From Azolla caroliniana (Eukaryota > Plantae > Polypodiophyta): 64,000 bases of DNA. Positions 47,601 to 60,600 of the stretch are shown here, in pieces. The stretch lies in contig JBHGNT010000047.1 of the NCBI GenBank assembly GCA_043228905.1, forward strand, positions 130,183-194,182, given 5' to 3'. The stretch's first letter is position 1. Each line of letters starts with the position of its first letter. The notes below the pieces were generated by a model. The model did not search any database, was not told the DNA's origin, and was given only the letters and a program-made list of their open reading frames with translations. The position numbers and the translations under genes were made by a program.

Positions 47601-50600
47601 GCCAATCGAAGCTAACAACGCTAGCTATGATATGGAATTAAAAAATCAAGATTTTGAAACTCAGGTCGAGAAACATGACGAAATTAGCAACCTTGAGGAG
47701 GGAGTTGAGAGGAGCCCTTGAGCAAATTAAAATGTTCATACCTGGCTCCTGTGATATTGGATTTATGTGTTCAAACATGCGAATCGAAGCTAACAACGCA
47801 AGCTATGATATGGAATTAAAAAATCAAGAATTTGAAACTCATGTCAAGAGACATGACGAAATTACCAAATTTGAGCTGTGAGTTGAGAAGAGCTAGGAGG
47901 GAAATAAAAATGTTCAAACCTGGCTCGTGTGATATCGGATTTATGTGTTCAAACATGCGAATCGAAGCTAACAACGCTAGCTACGATATGGAATTAAAAA
48001 ATCAAGATTTTGAAACTCAGGTCGACAGATCTGACGGAAATAGCAAACTTGAGGAGGGAGTTGAGAAGAGCTAGTAGGTAAATTAAAATGTTCATACCTG
48101 GCTCGTGTAACATCGGATTTATGTGTTCAAACATGCCAATCGAAGCTAATAACGCTAGCTATGATATGGAATTAAAAAATCAAATTTTGAAACTCAGGTC
48201 GAGAGACATGACGAAATTTCCACATTTGAGGAGTGAGTTGAGAAGAGCTAGTAGGTAAGTTTAAATATTCATACCTGGCTCGTGTGATATCGGATTTTTA
48301 TGTTCAAACATGCGAATCGAAGCTAACAACGCTAGCTATGATATGGAATTAAAAATTCAAGATTTTGAAACTCAGGTCGAGAGACATGAAAAAATTACCA
48401 AATTTGAGGAGTGAGTTGAGAAGAGCCAGTAGGTAAATTAAAATGTTCATACCTGGCTCGTGTCATATGGGATTTATGTGTTCAAACATACGAATCGAAG
48501 CTAACAACGCTAGCTATGATATGGAATTAAAAAATCAAGATTTTGAAACTCAGGTCGACAAACACGACGAAACTGGCAATCTTGACAAGGGAGTTGAGAG
48601 CAGCTCTTCAGCAAATTAAAATGCTCATACCTGGCTCGTGTGATATCGGATTTTTATGTTCAAACATGCGAATCGAAGCTAACAACGCTAGGTATGATAT
48701 AGAATTAAAAAATAGAGATTTTGAAACTCAGGTCGGGTGACATGACAAAATTACCAAAATTGAGGAGTGAGTTGAGAGGAGCCCTTGAGTAAATTAAAAT
48801 GTTCATACTTGGCTCGTGTGATATCGGATTTATGTGTTCAAATAGGCGAATCGAAGCTAACATCGCTAGCTATGATATGGAATTAAAAAATCAAGATTTT
48901 GAAACTCAGGTCGAGAGACATGACGAAATTGGCAACCTTGACAAGGGAGTTGAGAGGAGCCCTTGAGTAAATTAAAATGTTCATACATGGCTCGTGTAAT
49001 ATCGGATTTTTGTGTTGAAACATGCAAATCGAAGCTAACAACGCTAGTTATAATATGGTATTAAAAAATCAAGATTTTGAAACTCAGGTCGAGAGACACG
49101 CCGAAATTGGCAACCTTGAAAATGGAGTTGAGAGCAGCCCCTGAGCAAATTAAAATGTTCAGACCTGGCTCGTGTGATATCGGATTTTTGTGTTCAAACA
49201 TGCAAATTGAAGCTAACAACGCTAGCTATGATATGGAATTAAAAAATCAAGATTTTGAAACTCAGGTCGAGAGACATGACGAAAATAGGAACCTTGACAA
49301 GGGAGTTGAGAGGAGCCATTAAGTAAATTAAAATGTTCATACCTGGCTCTTGTGATATCCGATTTATGTGTTCAAACATGCCAAACGAAGCTAACAACGC
49401 TAGTTATGATATGGAATTAAAAAATCAAGATTTTGAAACTCAGGTCGAGAGACATGACGGAATTACCAAATTTGAGGAGTGAGTTGAGAAGAGCTAGTAG
49501 GTAAATTAAAATGTTCATACCTGGCTTGTGTGATTTCGGATTTATGTGTTCAAACATGCAAATCGAAGCTAACAACGCTAGGTATGATATGGAATAAAAA
49601 AATCAAGATTTTGAAACTCAGGTCGAGAGACATGACGAAATTACCAAATTTGAGGGGTGAGTTGAGAAGAGCTAGTAGGTAAATTAAAAGGTTCATACCT
49701 GGCTCGTGTCATATCGGATTTCTGTGTTCAAACATGCAAATCGAAGCTAACTACGCTAGTTATGATATGGAATTAAAAAATCAAGATTTGGAAACCCAGA
49801 TCGAGAGACATGACGAAATTACCAAAGTTGAGGAGTGAGTTGAGAAGAGCTAGTAGGTAAATTTAAATGTTCATACCTGGCTCGTGTGATATCGGATTTT
49901 TGTGTTCAAACATGCGAATCGAAGCTAACAACGCTAGCTATGATATGGAATTAAAAAATCAAGATTTTGAAACTCAGGTCGAGAGACATGACGAAATTAC
50001 CAAAGTTGAGGAGTGAGTTGAGAGGAGCCCTTGAGTAAATTAAAATGTTCATACGTGGCTCCTGTGATATTGGATTTATGTGTTCAAACATGCGAATCGA
50101 AGCTAACAACGCAAGCTATGATATGGAATTAAAAAATCAAGAATTTGAAAGTCATGTCAAGAGACATGACAAAATTACCAAATTTGAGCTGTGAGTTGAG
50201 AAGAGCTAGTAGGGAAATTAAAATGTTCAAACCTGGCTCGTGTGATATCGGATTTATGTGTTCAAACATGCGAATCGAAGCTAACAACGCTAGCTACGAT
50301 ATGGAATTAAAAAATCAAGATTTTGAAACTCAGGTCAACAGATCTGACGGAAATAGCAAACTTGAGGAGGGAGTTGAGAAGAGCTAGTAGGTAAATTAAA
50401 ATGTTCATACCTGGCTCGTGTAACATCGGATTTATGTGTTCAAACATGCCAATCGAAGCTAATAACGCTAGCTATGATATGGAATTAAAAAATCAAGATT
50501 TTGAAACTCAGGTCGAGAGACATGACGAAATTTCCACATTTGAGGAGTGAGTTGAGAAGAGCTAGTAGGTAAGTTTAAATATTCATACCTGGCTCGTGTG

Positions 50601-51699
50601 ATATCGGATTTTTATGTTCAAACATGCGAATCGAAGCTAACAACGCTAGCTATGATATGGAATTAAAAAATCAAGATTTTGAAACTCAGGTCGAGAGACA
50701 TGACGAAATGTTCATACTTGGCTCGTGTAATATCGGATATTTGTGTTGAAACATACAAATCGAAGCTAACAACGCTAGTTATGATATGGTATTAAAAAAT
50801 CAAGATTTTGAAACTCAGGTCGAGAGACACGCCGAAATTGGCAACCTTGAAAAGGGAATTGAGAGCAGCCCTTGAGCAAATTAAAATGTTCAGACCTGGC
50901 TCGTGTGATATCAGATTTTTGTGTTCAAACATGCGAATTGAAGCTAACAACGCTAGCTATGATATGGAATAAAAAAATCAAGATTTTGAAACTCAGGTCG
51001 AGAGACATGACGAAAATAGCAACCTTGACAAGGGAGTTGAGAGGAGACATGACGAAATTACCAAATTTGAGGAGTGAGTTGAGAGGAGCCCTTGAGTAAA
51101 TTAAAATGTTCATACCTGGCTCGTGTGATATCGGATTTTTGTGTTCAAACATGCGAATCAAAGCTAACAACGCTAGTTATGATATGGTATTAAAAAATCA
51201 AGATTTTGAAACTCACGTCGAGAGACACGACGAATTTGGCAACCTTGAAAAGGGAGTTGAGAGCAGCCCTTGAGCAAATTTAAATGTTCCTACCTGGCTC
51301 GTGTCATATCGGATTTTTATGTTCAAACATGCGAATTGAAGCTAACAACGCTAGCTATGATATGGAATTAAAAAATCAAGATTTTGAAACTCAGGTCGAG
51401 AGACATGACGAAATTACCAAATTTGAGGAGTGAGTTGAGAAGAGCTAGTAGGTAAATTAAAATGTGCATACCTGGCTCCTGTGATATCGGATTTTTGTGT
51501 TCAAACATGCGAATCGAAGCTAACAACGCTAGTTATGATATGGAATTAAAAAATCAAGATTTTGAAACTCAGGTCGAGAGACATGAAAAAATTACCAAAT
51601 TTGAGGAGGGAGTTGAGAAGAGGTAGTAGGTAAATTAAAATGTTCATACCTAGCTCGTGTAATATCGTATTTATGTGTTCAAACATGCCAATCGAAGCT

Positions 51700-54600
51700 A
51701 ATAACGCTAGCTATGATATGGAATTACAATATGAAGATTTTGAAACTCAGATCGAGAGACATGATGAAATTTGCAACCTTGACAAGGGAGTTGAGAGGAG
51801 CGCTTGAGCAAATTAAAATGTTCATACCTGGCTCGTGTGATATCGGATTTTTGTGTTCAAACATGCGAATCAAAGCTAACAGCGCTAGGTATGATATGGA
51901 ATTAAAAAATCAAGATTTTGAAACTCAGGTCGAGAGACATGACGAAATTAGCAACCTTGACAAGGGAGTTGAGAGGAGCCCTAGAGTAAATTAAAATATT
52001 CATACCTGGCTCGTGTCATATCGGATTTATGTGTTCAAACATGCGAATCGAAGCTAACAACGCTAGCTATGATATGGAATTAAAAAATCAAGATTTTGAA
52101 ACTCAGGTCGAGAGACATGACGAAAATAGCAAACTTGAGGAGGGAGTTGAGAGGAGCCTTTGAGCAAATTAAAATGTTCATACCTGGCTCCTGTGATATC
52201 GGATTTATATGTTCAAACATGCGAATCGAAGCTAACAACGCTAGCTATGATATGGAATTCAAAAATCAAGATTATGCACCTCAGGTCGAGAGACATGACA
52301 AAATTACCAAATTTGAGGAGGGAGTTGAGAAGAGCTAGTAGGTAAATTTAAATGTTCATACCTGGCTCGTGTCATATCGGATTTATGTGTTCAAACATGC
52401 GAATCGAAGCTAACAACACTAGCTATGATATCGAATTAAAAATTCAAGATTTTGAAACTCAGGTCGAGAGACATGACGTAAATAGCAAACTTGAGGAGGG
52501 AGTTGAGAAGAGCTAGTAGGTAAATTTAAAAGTTCATACCGAGCGATTGTGATATCGGATTTTTGTGTTCAAACATGCGAATCGAAGCTAAAACGCTAGC
52601 TATGATATGGAATTAAAAAGTCAAGATTTTGAAACTCAGGTCGAGAGACATGACGAAAATAGCAACCTTGACAAGGGAGTTGAGAGGAGCCCTTGAGTAA
52701 ATTAAAATGTTCATACCTGGCTCGTGTGATATCGGATTTATGTGTTCAAACATGCCAATCGAAGCTAACAACGCTAGTTATGATATGGAATTAAAAAATC
52801 AAGATTTTGAAACTCATGTCAAGAGTCATGAAGAAATTACCAAATTGGAGGAGTGAGTTGAGAAGAGCTAGTAGGTAAATTTAAATGTTCATACCTGGCG
52901 ACTGACTGTGATATCGGATTTTTATGTTCAAACATGCGAATCGAAGCTAACAACGCAAGCTATGATATGGAATTAAAAAATCAAGGTTTTGAAACTCGGA
53001 TCGAGAGACATGATGAAATTAGCAACCTTGACAAGGGAGTTGAGAGGAGCCCTTGAGTAAATTAAAATGTTCATACCTGGCTCGTGTAATATCGGATTTA
53101 TGTGTTCAAACATGCGAATCCAAGCTACCAACGCTAGCCATGATATGGAATTAAAAAATAAAGATTTTGAAACTCAGGTCGAGAGACATGACGAAATTAC
53201 CAAATTTGAGGTGTGAGTTGAGAAGAGCTAGTAGGTAAATTAAAATGTTCATACCTGGCTCGTGTCATATCGGATTTATGTGTTCAAACATGCGAATCAA
53301 AACTAACAACGCTAGCTATGATATGGAATTAAAAATTCAAGATTTTGAAACTCAGGTCGAGAGACATGACGAAATTAGCAACCTTGACAAGGGAGTTGAG
53401 AGGAGCCCTTGAGTAAATTAAAATGTTCATACCTGGCTCCTGTGATATCGGATTTATGTGTTCAAACATGCGAATCGAAGCTAACAACGCTAGCTATGAT
53501 ATGGAATTAAAATATGAAGATTTTGAAACTCAGATCGAGAGACATGATGAAATTTGCAACCTTGACAAGGGAGTTGAGAGGAGCGCTTGAGCAAATTAAA
53601 ATGTTCATACCTGGCTCGTGTGATATCGGATTTTTGTGTTCAAACATGCGAATCAAAGCTAACAGCGCTAGGTATGATATGGAATTAAAAAATCAAGATT
53701 TTGAAACTCAGGTCGAGAGACATGACGAAATTAGCAACCTTGACAAGGGAGTTGAGAGGAGCCCTAGAGTAAATTAAAATATTCATACCTGGCTCGTGTC
53801 ATATCGGATTTATGTGTTCAAACATGCGAATCGAAGCTAACAACGCTAGCTATGATATGGAATTAAAAAATCAAGATTTTGAAACACAGGTCGAGAGACA
53901 TGACGAAAATAGCAAACTTGAGGAGGGAGTTGAGAGGAGCCTTTGAGCAAATTAAAATGTTCATACCTGGCTCCTGTGATATCGGATTTATATGTTCAAA
54001 CATGCGAATCGAAGCTAACAACGCTAGCTATGATATGGAATTCAAAAATCAAGATTATGGACCTCAGGTCGAGAGACATGACAAAATTACCAAATTTGAG
54101 GTGTGAGTTGAGAAGAGCTAGTAGGTAAATTTAAATGTTCATACCTGGCTCGTGTCATATCGGATTTATGTGTTCAAACATGCGAATCGAAGCTAACAAC
54201 ACTAGCTATGATATCGAATTAAAAATTCAAGATTTTGAAACTCAGGTCGAGAGACATGACGTAAATAGCAAACTTGAGGAGGGAGTTGAGAAGAGCTAGT
54301 AGGTAAATTTAAAAGTTCATACCGAGCGATTGTGATATCGGATTTTTGTGTTCAAACATGCGAATCGAAGCTAAAACGCTAGCTATGATATGGAATGAAA
54401 AAGTCAAGATTTTGAAACTCAGGTCGAGAGACATGACGAAAATAGCAACCTTGACAAGGGAGTTGAGAGGAGCCCTTGAGTAAATTAAAATGTTCATACC
54501 TGGCTCGTGTGATATCGGATTTATGTGTTCAAACATGCCAATCGAAGCTAACAACGCTAGTTATGATATGGAATTAAAAAATCAAGATTTTGAAACTCAT

Positions 54601-57600
54601 GTCAAGAGTCATGAAGAAATTACCAAATTGGAGGAGTGAGTTGAGAAGAGCTAGTAGGTAAATTTAAATGTTCATACCTGGCGACTGACTGTGATATCGG
54701 ATTTTTATGTTCAAACATGCGAATCGAAGCTAACAACGCAAGCTATGATATGGAATTAAAAAATCAAGGTTTTGAAACTCGGATCGAGAGACATGATGAA
54801 ATTAGCAACCTTGACAAGGGAGTTGAGAGGAGCCCTTGAGTAAATTAAAATGTTCATACCTGGCTCGTGTAATATCGGATTTATGTGTTCAAACATGCGA
54901 ATCCAAGCTACCAACGCTAGCCATGATATGGAATTAAAAAATAAAGATTTTGAAACTCAGGTCGAGAGACATGACGAAATTACCAAATTTGAGGTGTGAG
55001 TTGAGAAGAGCTAGTAGGTAAATTAAAATGTTCATACCTGGCTCGTGTCATATCGGATTTATGTGTTCAAACATGCGAATCAAAGCTAACAACGCTAGCT
55101 ATGATATGGAATTAAAAATTCAAGATTTTGAAACTCAGGTCGAGAGACATGACGAAATTAGCAACCTTGACAAGGGAGTTGAGAGGAGCCCTTGAGTAAA
55201 TTAAAATGTTCATACCTGGCTCCTGTGATATCGGATTTATGTGTTCAAACATGCGAATCGAAGCTAACAACGCTAGCTATGATATGGAATTAAAATATGA
55301 AGATTTTGAAACTCAGATCGAGAGACATGATGAAATTTGCAACCTTGACAAGGGAGTTGAGAGGAGCGCTTGAGCAAATTAAAATGTTCATACCTGGCTC
55401 GTGTGATATCGGATTTTTGTGTTCAAACATGCGAATCAAAGCTAACAGCGCTAGGTATGATATGGAATTAAAAAATCAAGATTTTGAAACTCAGGTCGAG
55501 AGACATGACGAAATTAGCAACCTTGACAAGGGAGTTGAGAGGAGCCCTAGAGTAAATTAAAATATTCATACCTGGCTCGTGTCATATCGGATTTATGTGT
55601 TCAAACATGCGAATCGAAGCTAACAACGCTAGCTATGATATGGAATTAAAAAATCAAGATTTTGAAACTCAGGTCGAGAGACATGACGAAAATAGCAAAC
55701 TTGAGGAGGGAGTTGAGAGGAGCCTTTGAGCAAATTAAAATGTTCATACCTGGCTCCTGTGATATCGGATTTATATGTTCAAACATGCGAATCGAAGCTA
55801 ACAACGCTAGCTATGATATGGAATTCAAAAATCAAGATTATGGACCTCAGGTCGAGAGACATGACAAAATTACCAAATTTGAGGTGTGAGTTGAGAAGAG
55901 CTAGTAGGTAAATTTAAATGTTCATACCTGGCTCGTGTCATATCGGATTTATGTGTTCAAACATGCGAATCGAAGCTAACAACACTAGCTATGATATCGA
56001 ATTAAAAATTCAAGATTTTGAAACTCAGGTCGAGAGACATGACGTAAATAGCAAACTTGAGGAGGGAGTTGAGAAGAGCTAGTAGGTAAATTTAAAAGTT
56101 CATACCGAGCGATTGTGATATCGGATTTTTGTGTTCAAACATGCGAATCGAAGCTAAAACGCTAGCTATGATATGGAATGAAAAAGTCAAGATTTTGAAA
56201 CTCAGGTCGAGAGACATGACGAAAATAGCAACCTTGACAAGGGAGTTGAGAGGAGCCCTTGAGTAAATTAAAATGTTCATACCTGGCTCGTGTGATATCG
56301 GATTTATGTGTTCAAACATGCCAATCGAAGCTAACAACGCTAGTTATGATATGGAATTAAAAAATCAAGATTTTGAAACTCATGTCAAGAGTCATGAAGA
56401 AATTACCAAATTGGAGGAGTGAGTTGAGAAGAGCTAGTAGGTAAATTTAAATGTTCATACCTGGCGACTGACTGTGATATCGGATTTTTATGTTCAAACA
56501 TGCGAATCGAAGCTAACAACGCAAGCTATGATATGGAATTAAAAAATCAAGGTTTTGAAACTCGGATCGAGAGACATGATGAAATTAGCAACCTTGACAA
56601 GGGAGTTGAGAGGAGCCCTTGAGTAAATTAAAATGTTCATACCTGGCTCGTGTAATATCGGATTTATGTGTTCAAACATGCGAATCCAAGCTACCAACGC
56701 TAGCCATGATATGGAATTAAAAAATAAAGATTTTGAAACTCAGGTCGAGAGACATGACGAAATTACCAAATTTGAGGTGTGAGTTGAGAAGAGCTAGTAG
56801 GTAAATTAAAATGTTCATACCTGGCTCGTGTCATATCGGATTTATGTGTTCAAACATGCGAATCAAAGCTAACAACGCTAGCTATGATATGGAATTAAAA
56901 ATTCAAGATTTTGAAACTCAGGTCGAGAGACATGACGAAATTAGCAACCTTGACAAGGGAGTTGAGAGGAGCCCTTGAGTAAATTAAAATGTTCATACCT
57001 GGCTCCTGTGATATCGGATTTATGTGTTCAAACATGCGAATCGAAGCTAACAACGCTAGCTATGATATGGAATTAAAATATGAAGATTTTGAAACTCAGA
57101 TCGAGAGACATGATGAAATTTGCAACCTTGACAAGGGAGTTGAGAGGAGCGCTTGAGCAAATTAAAATGTTCATACCTCGCTCGTGTGATATCGGATTTT
57201 TGTGTTCAAACATGCGAATCAAAGCTAACAGCGCTAGGTATGATATGGAATTAAAAAATCAAGATTTTGAAACTCAGGTCGAGAGACATGACGAAATTAG
57301 CAACCTTGACAAGGGAGTTGAGAGGAGCCCTAGAGTAAATTAAAATATTCATACCTGGCTCGTGTCATATCGGATTTATGTGTTCAAACATGCGAATCGA
57401 AGCTAACAACGCTAGCTATGATATGGAATTAAAAAATCAAGATTTTGAAACTCAGGTCGAGAGACATGACGAAAATAGCAAACTTGAGGAGGGAGTTGAG
57501 AGGAGCCTTTGAGCAAATTAAAATGTTCATACCTGGCTCCTGTGATATCGGATTTATATGTTCAAACATGCGAATCGAAGCTAACAACGCTAGCTATGAT

Positions 57601-60600
57601 ATGGAATTCAAAAATCAAGATTATGGACCTCAGGTCGAGAGACATGACAAAATTACCAAATTTGAGGTGTGAGTTGAGAAGAGCTAGTAGGTAAATTTAA
57701 ATGTTCATACCTGGCTCGTGTCATATCGGATTTATGTGTTCAAACATGCGAATCGAAGCTAACAACACTAGCTATGATATCGAATTAAAAATTCAAGATT
57801 TTGAAACTCAGGTCGAGAGACATGACGTAAATAGCAAACTTGAGGAGGGAGTTGAGAAGAGCTAGTAGGTAAATTTAAAAGTTCATACCGAGCGATTGTG
57901 ATATCGGATTTTTGTGTTCAAACATGCGAATCGAAGCTAAAACGCTAGCTATGATATGGAATGAAAAAGTCAAGATTTTGAAACTCAGGTCGAGAGACAT
58001 GACGAAAATAGCAACCTTGACAAGGGAGTTGAGAGGAGCCCTTGAGTAAATTAAAATGTTCATACCTGGCTCGTGTGATATCGGATTTATGTGTTCAAAC
58101 ATGCCAATCGAAGCTAACAACGCTAGTTATGATATGGAATTAAAAAATCAAGATTTTGAAACTCATGTCAAGAGTCATGAAGAAATTACCAAATTGGAGG
58201 AGTGAGTTGAGAAGAGCTAGTAGGTAAATTTAAATGTTCATACCTGGCGACTGACTGTGATATCGGATTTTTATGTTCAAACATGCGAATCGAAGCTAAC
58301 AACGCAAGCTATGATATGGAATTAAAAAATCAAGGTTTTGAAACTCGGATCGAGAGACATGATGAAATTAGCAACCTTGACAAGGGAGTTGAGAGGAGCC
58401 CTTGAGTAAATTAAAATGTTCATACCTGGCTCGTGTAATATCGGATTTATGTGTTCAAACATGCGAATCCAAGCTACCAACGCTAGCCATGATATGGAAT
58501 TAAAAAATAAAGATTTTGAAACTCAGGTCGAGAGACATGACGAAATTACCAAATTTGAGGTGTGAGTTGAGAAGAGCTAGTAGGTAAATTAAAATGTTCA
58601 TACCTGGCTCGTGTCATATCGGATTTATGTGTTCAAACATGCGAATCAAAGCTAACAACGCTAGCTATGATATGGAATTAAAAATTCAAGATTTTGAAAC
58701 TCAGGTCGAGAGACATGACGAAATTAGCAACCTTGACAAGGGAGTTGAGAGGAGCCCTTGAGTAAATTAAAATGTTCATACCTGGCTCCTGTGATATCGG
58801 ATTTATGTGTTCAAACATGCGAATCGAAGCTAACAACGCTAGCTATGATATGGAATTAAAATATGAAGATTTTGAAACTCAGATCGAGAGACATGATGAA
58901 ATTTGCAACCTTGACAAGGGAGTTGAGAGGAGCGCTTGAGCAAATTAAAATGTTCATACCTCGCTCGTGTGATATCGGATTTTTGTGTTCAAACATGCGA
59001 ATCAAAGCTAACAGCGCTAGGTATGATATGGAATTAAAAAATCAAGATTTTGAAACTCAGGTCGAGAGACATGACGAAATTAGCAACCTTGACAAGGGAG
59101 TTGAGAGGAGCCCTAGAGTAAATTAAAATATTCATACCTGGCTCGTGTCATATCGGATTTATGTGTTCAAACATGCGAATCGAAGCTAACAACGCTAGCT
59201 ATGATATGGAATTAAAAAATCAAGATTTTGAAACTCAGGTCGAGAGACATGACGAAAATAGCAAACTTGAGGAGGGAGTTGAGAGGAGCCTTTGAGCAAA
59301 TTAAAATGTTCATACCTGGCTCCTGTGATATCGGATTTATATGTTCAAACATGCGAATCGAAGCTAACAACGCTAGCTATGATATGGAATTCAAAAATCA
59401 AGATTATGGACCTCAGGTCGAGAGACATGACAAAATTACCAAATTTGAGGTGTGAGTTGAGAAGAGCTAGTAGGTAAATTTAAATGTTCATACCTGGCTC
59501 GTGTCATATCGGATTTATGTGTTCAAACATGCGAATCGAAGCTAACAACACTAGCTATGATATCGAATTAAAAATTCAAGATTTTGAAACTCAGGTCGAG
59601 AGACATGACGTAAATAGCAAACTTGAGGAGGGAGTTGAGAAGAGCTAGTAGGTAAATTTAAAAGTTCATACCGAGCGATTGTGATATCGGATTTTTGTGT
59701 TCAAACATGCGAATCGAAGCTAAAACGCTAGCTATGATATGGAATTAAAAAGTCAAGATTTTGAAACTCAGGTCGAGAGACATGACGAAAATAGCAACCT
59801 TGACAAGGGAGTTGAGAGGAGCCCTTGAGTAAATTAAAATGTTCATACCTGGCTCGTGTGATATCGGATTTATGTGTTCAAACATGCCAATCGAAGCTAA
59901 CAACGCTAGTTATGATATGGAATTAAAAAATCAAGATTTTGAAACTCATGTCAAGAGTCATGAAGAAATTACCAAATTGGAGGAGTGAGTTGAGAAGAGC
60001 TAGTAGGTAAATTTAAATGTTCATACCTGGCGACTGACTGTGATATCGGATTTTTATGTTCAAACATGCGAATCGAAGCTAACAACGCAAGCTATGATAT
60101 GGAATTAAAAAATCAAGGTTTTGAAACTCGGATCGAGAGACATGATGAAATTAGCAACCTTGACAAGGGAGTTGAGAGGAGCCCTTGAGTAAATTAAAAT
60201 GTTCATACCTGGCTCGTGTAATATCGGATTTATGTGTTCAAACATGCGAATCCAAGCTACCAACGCTAGCCATGATATGGAATTAAAAAATAAAGATTTT
60301 GAAACTCAGGTCGAGAGACATGACGAAATTACCAAATTTGAGGTGTGAGTTGAGAAGAGCTAGTAGGTAAATTAAAATGTTCATACCTGGCTCGTGTCAT
60401 ATCGGATTTATGTGTTCAAACATGCGAATCAAAGCTAACAACGCTAGCTATGATATGGAATTAAAAATTCAAGATTTTGAAACTCAGGTCGAGAGACATG
60501 ACGAAATTAGCAACCTTGACAAGGGAGTTGAGAGGAGCCCTTGAGTAAATTAAAATGTTCATACCTGGCTCCTGTGATATCGGATTTATGTGTTCAAACA

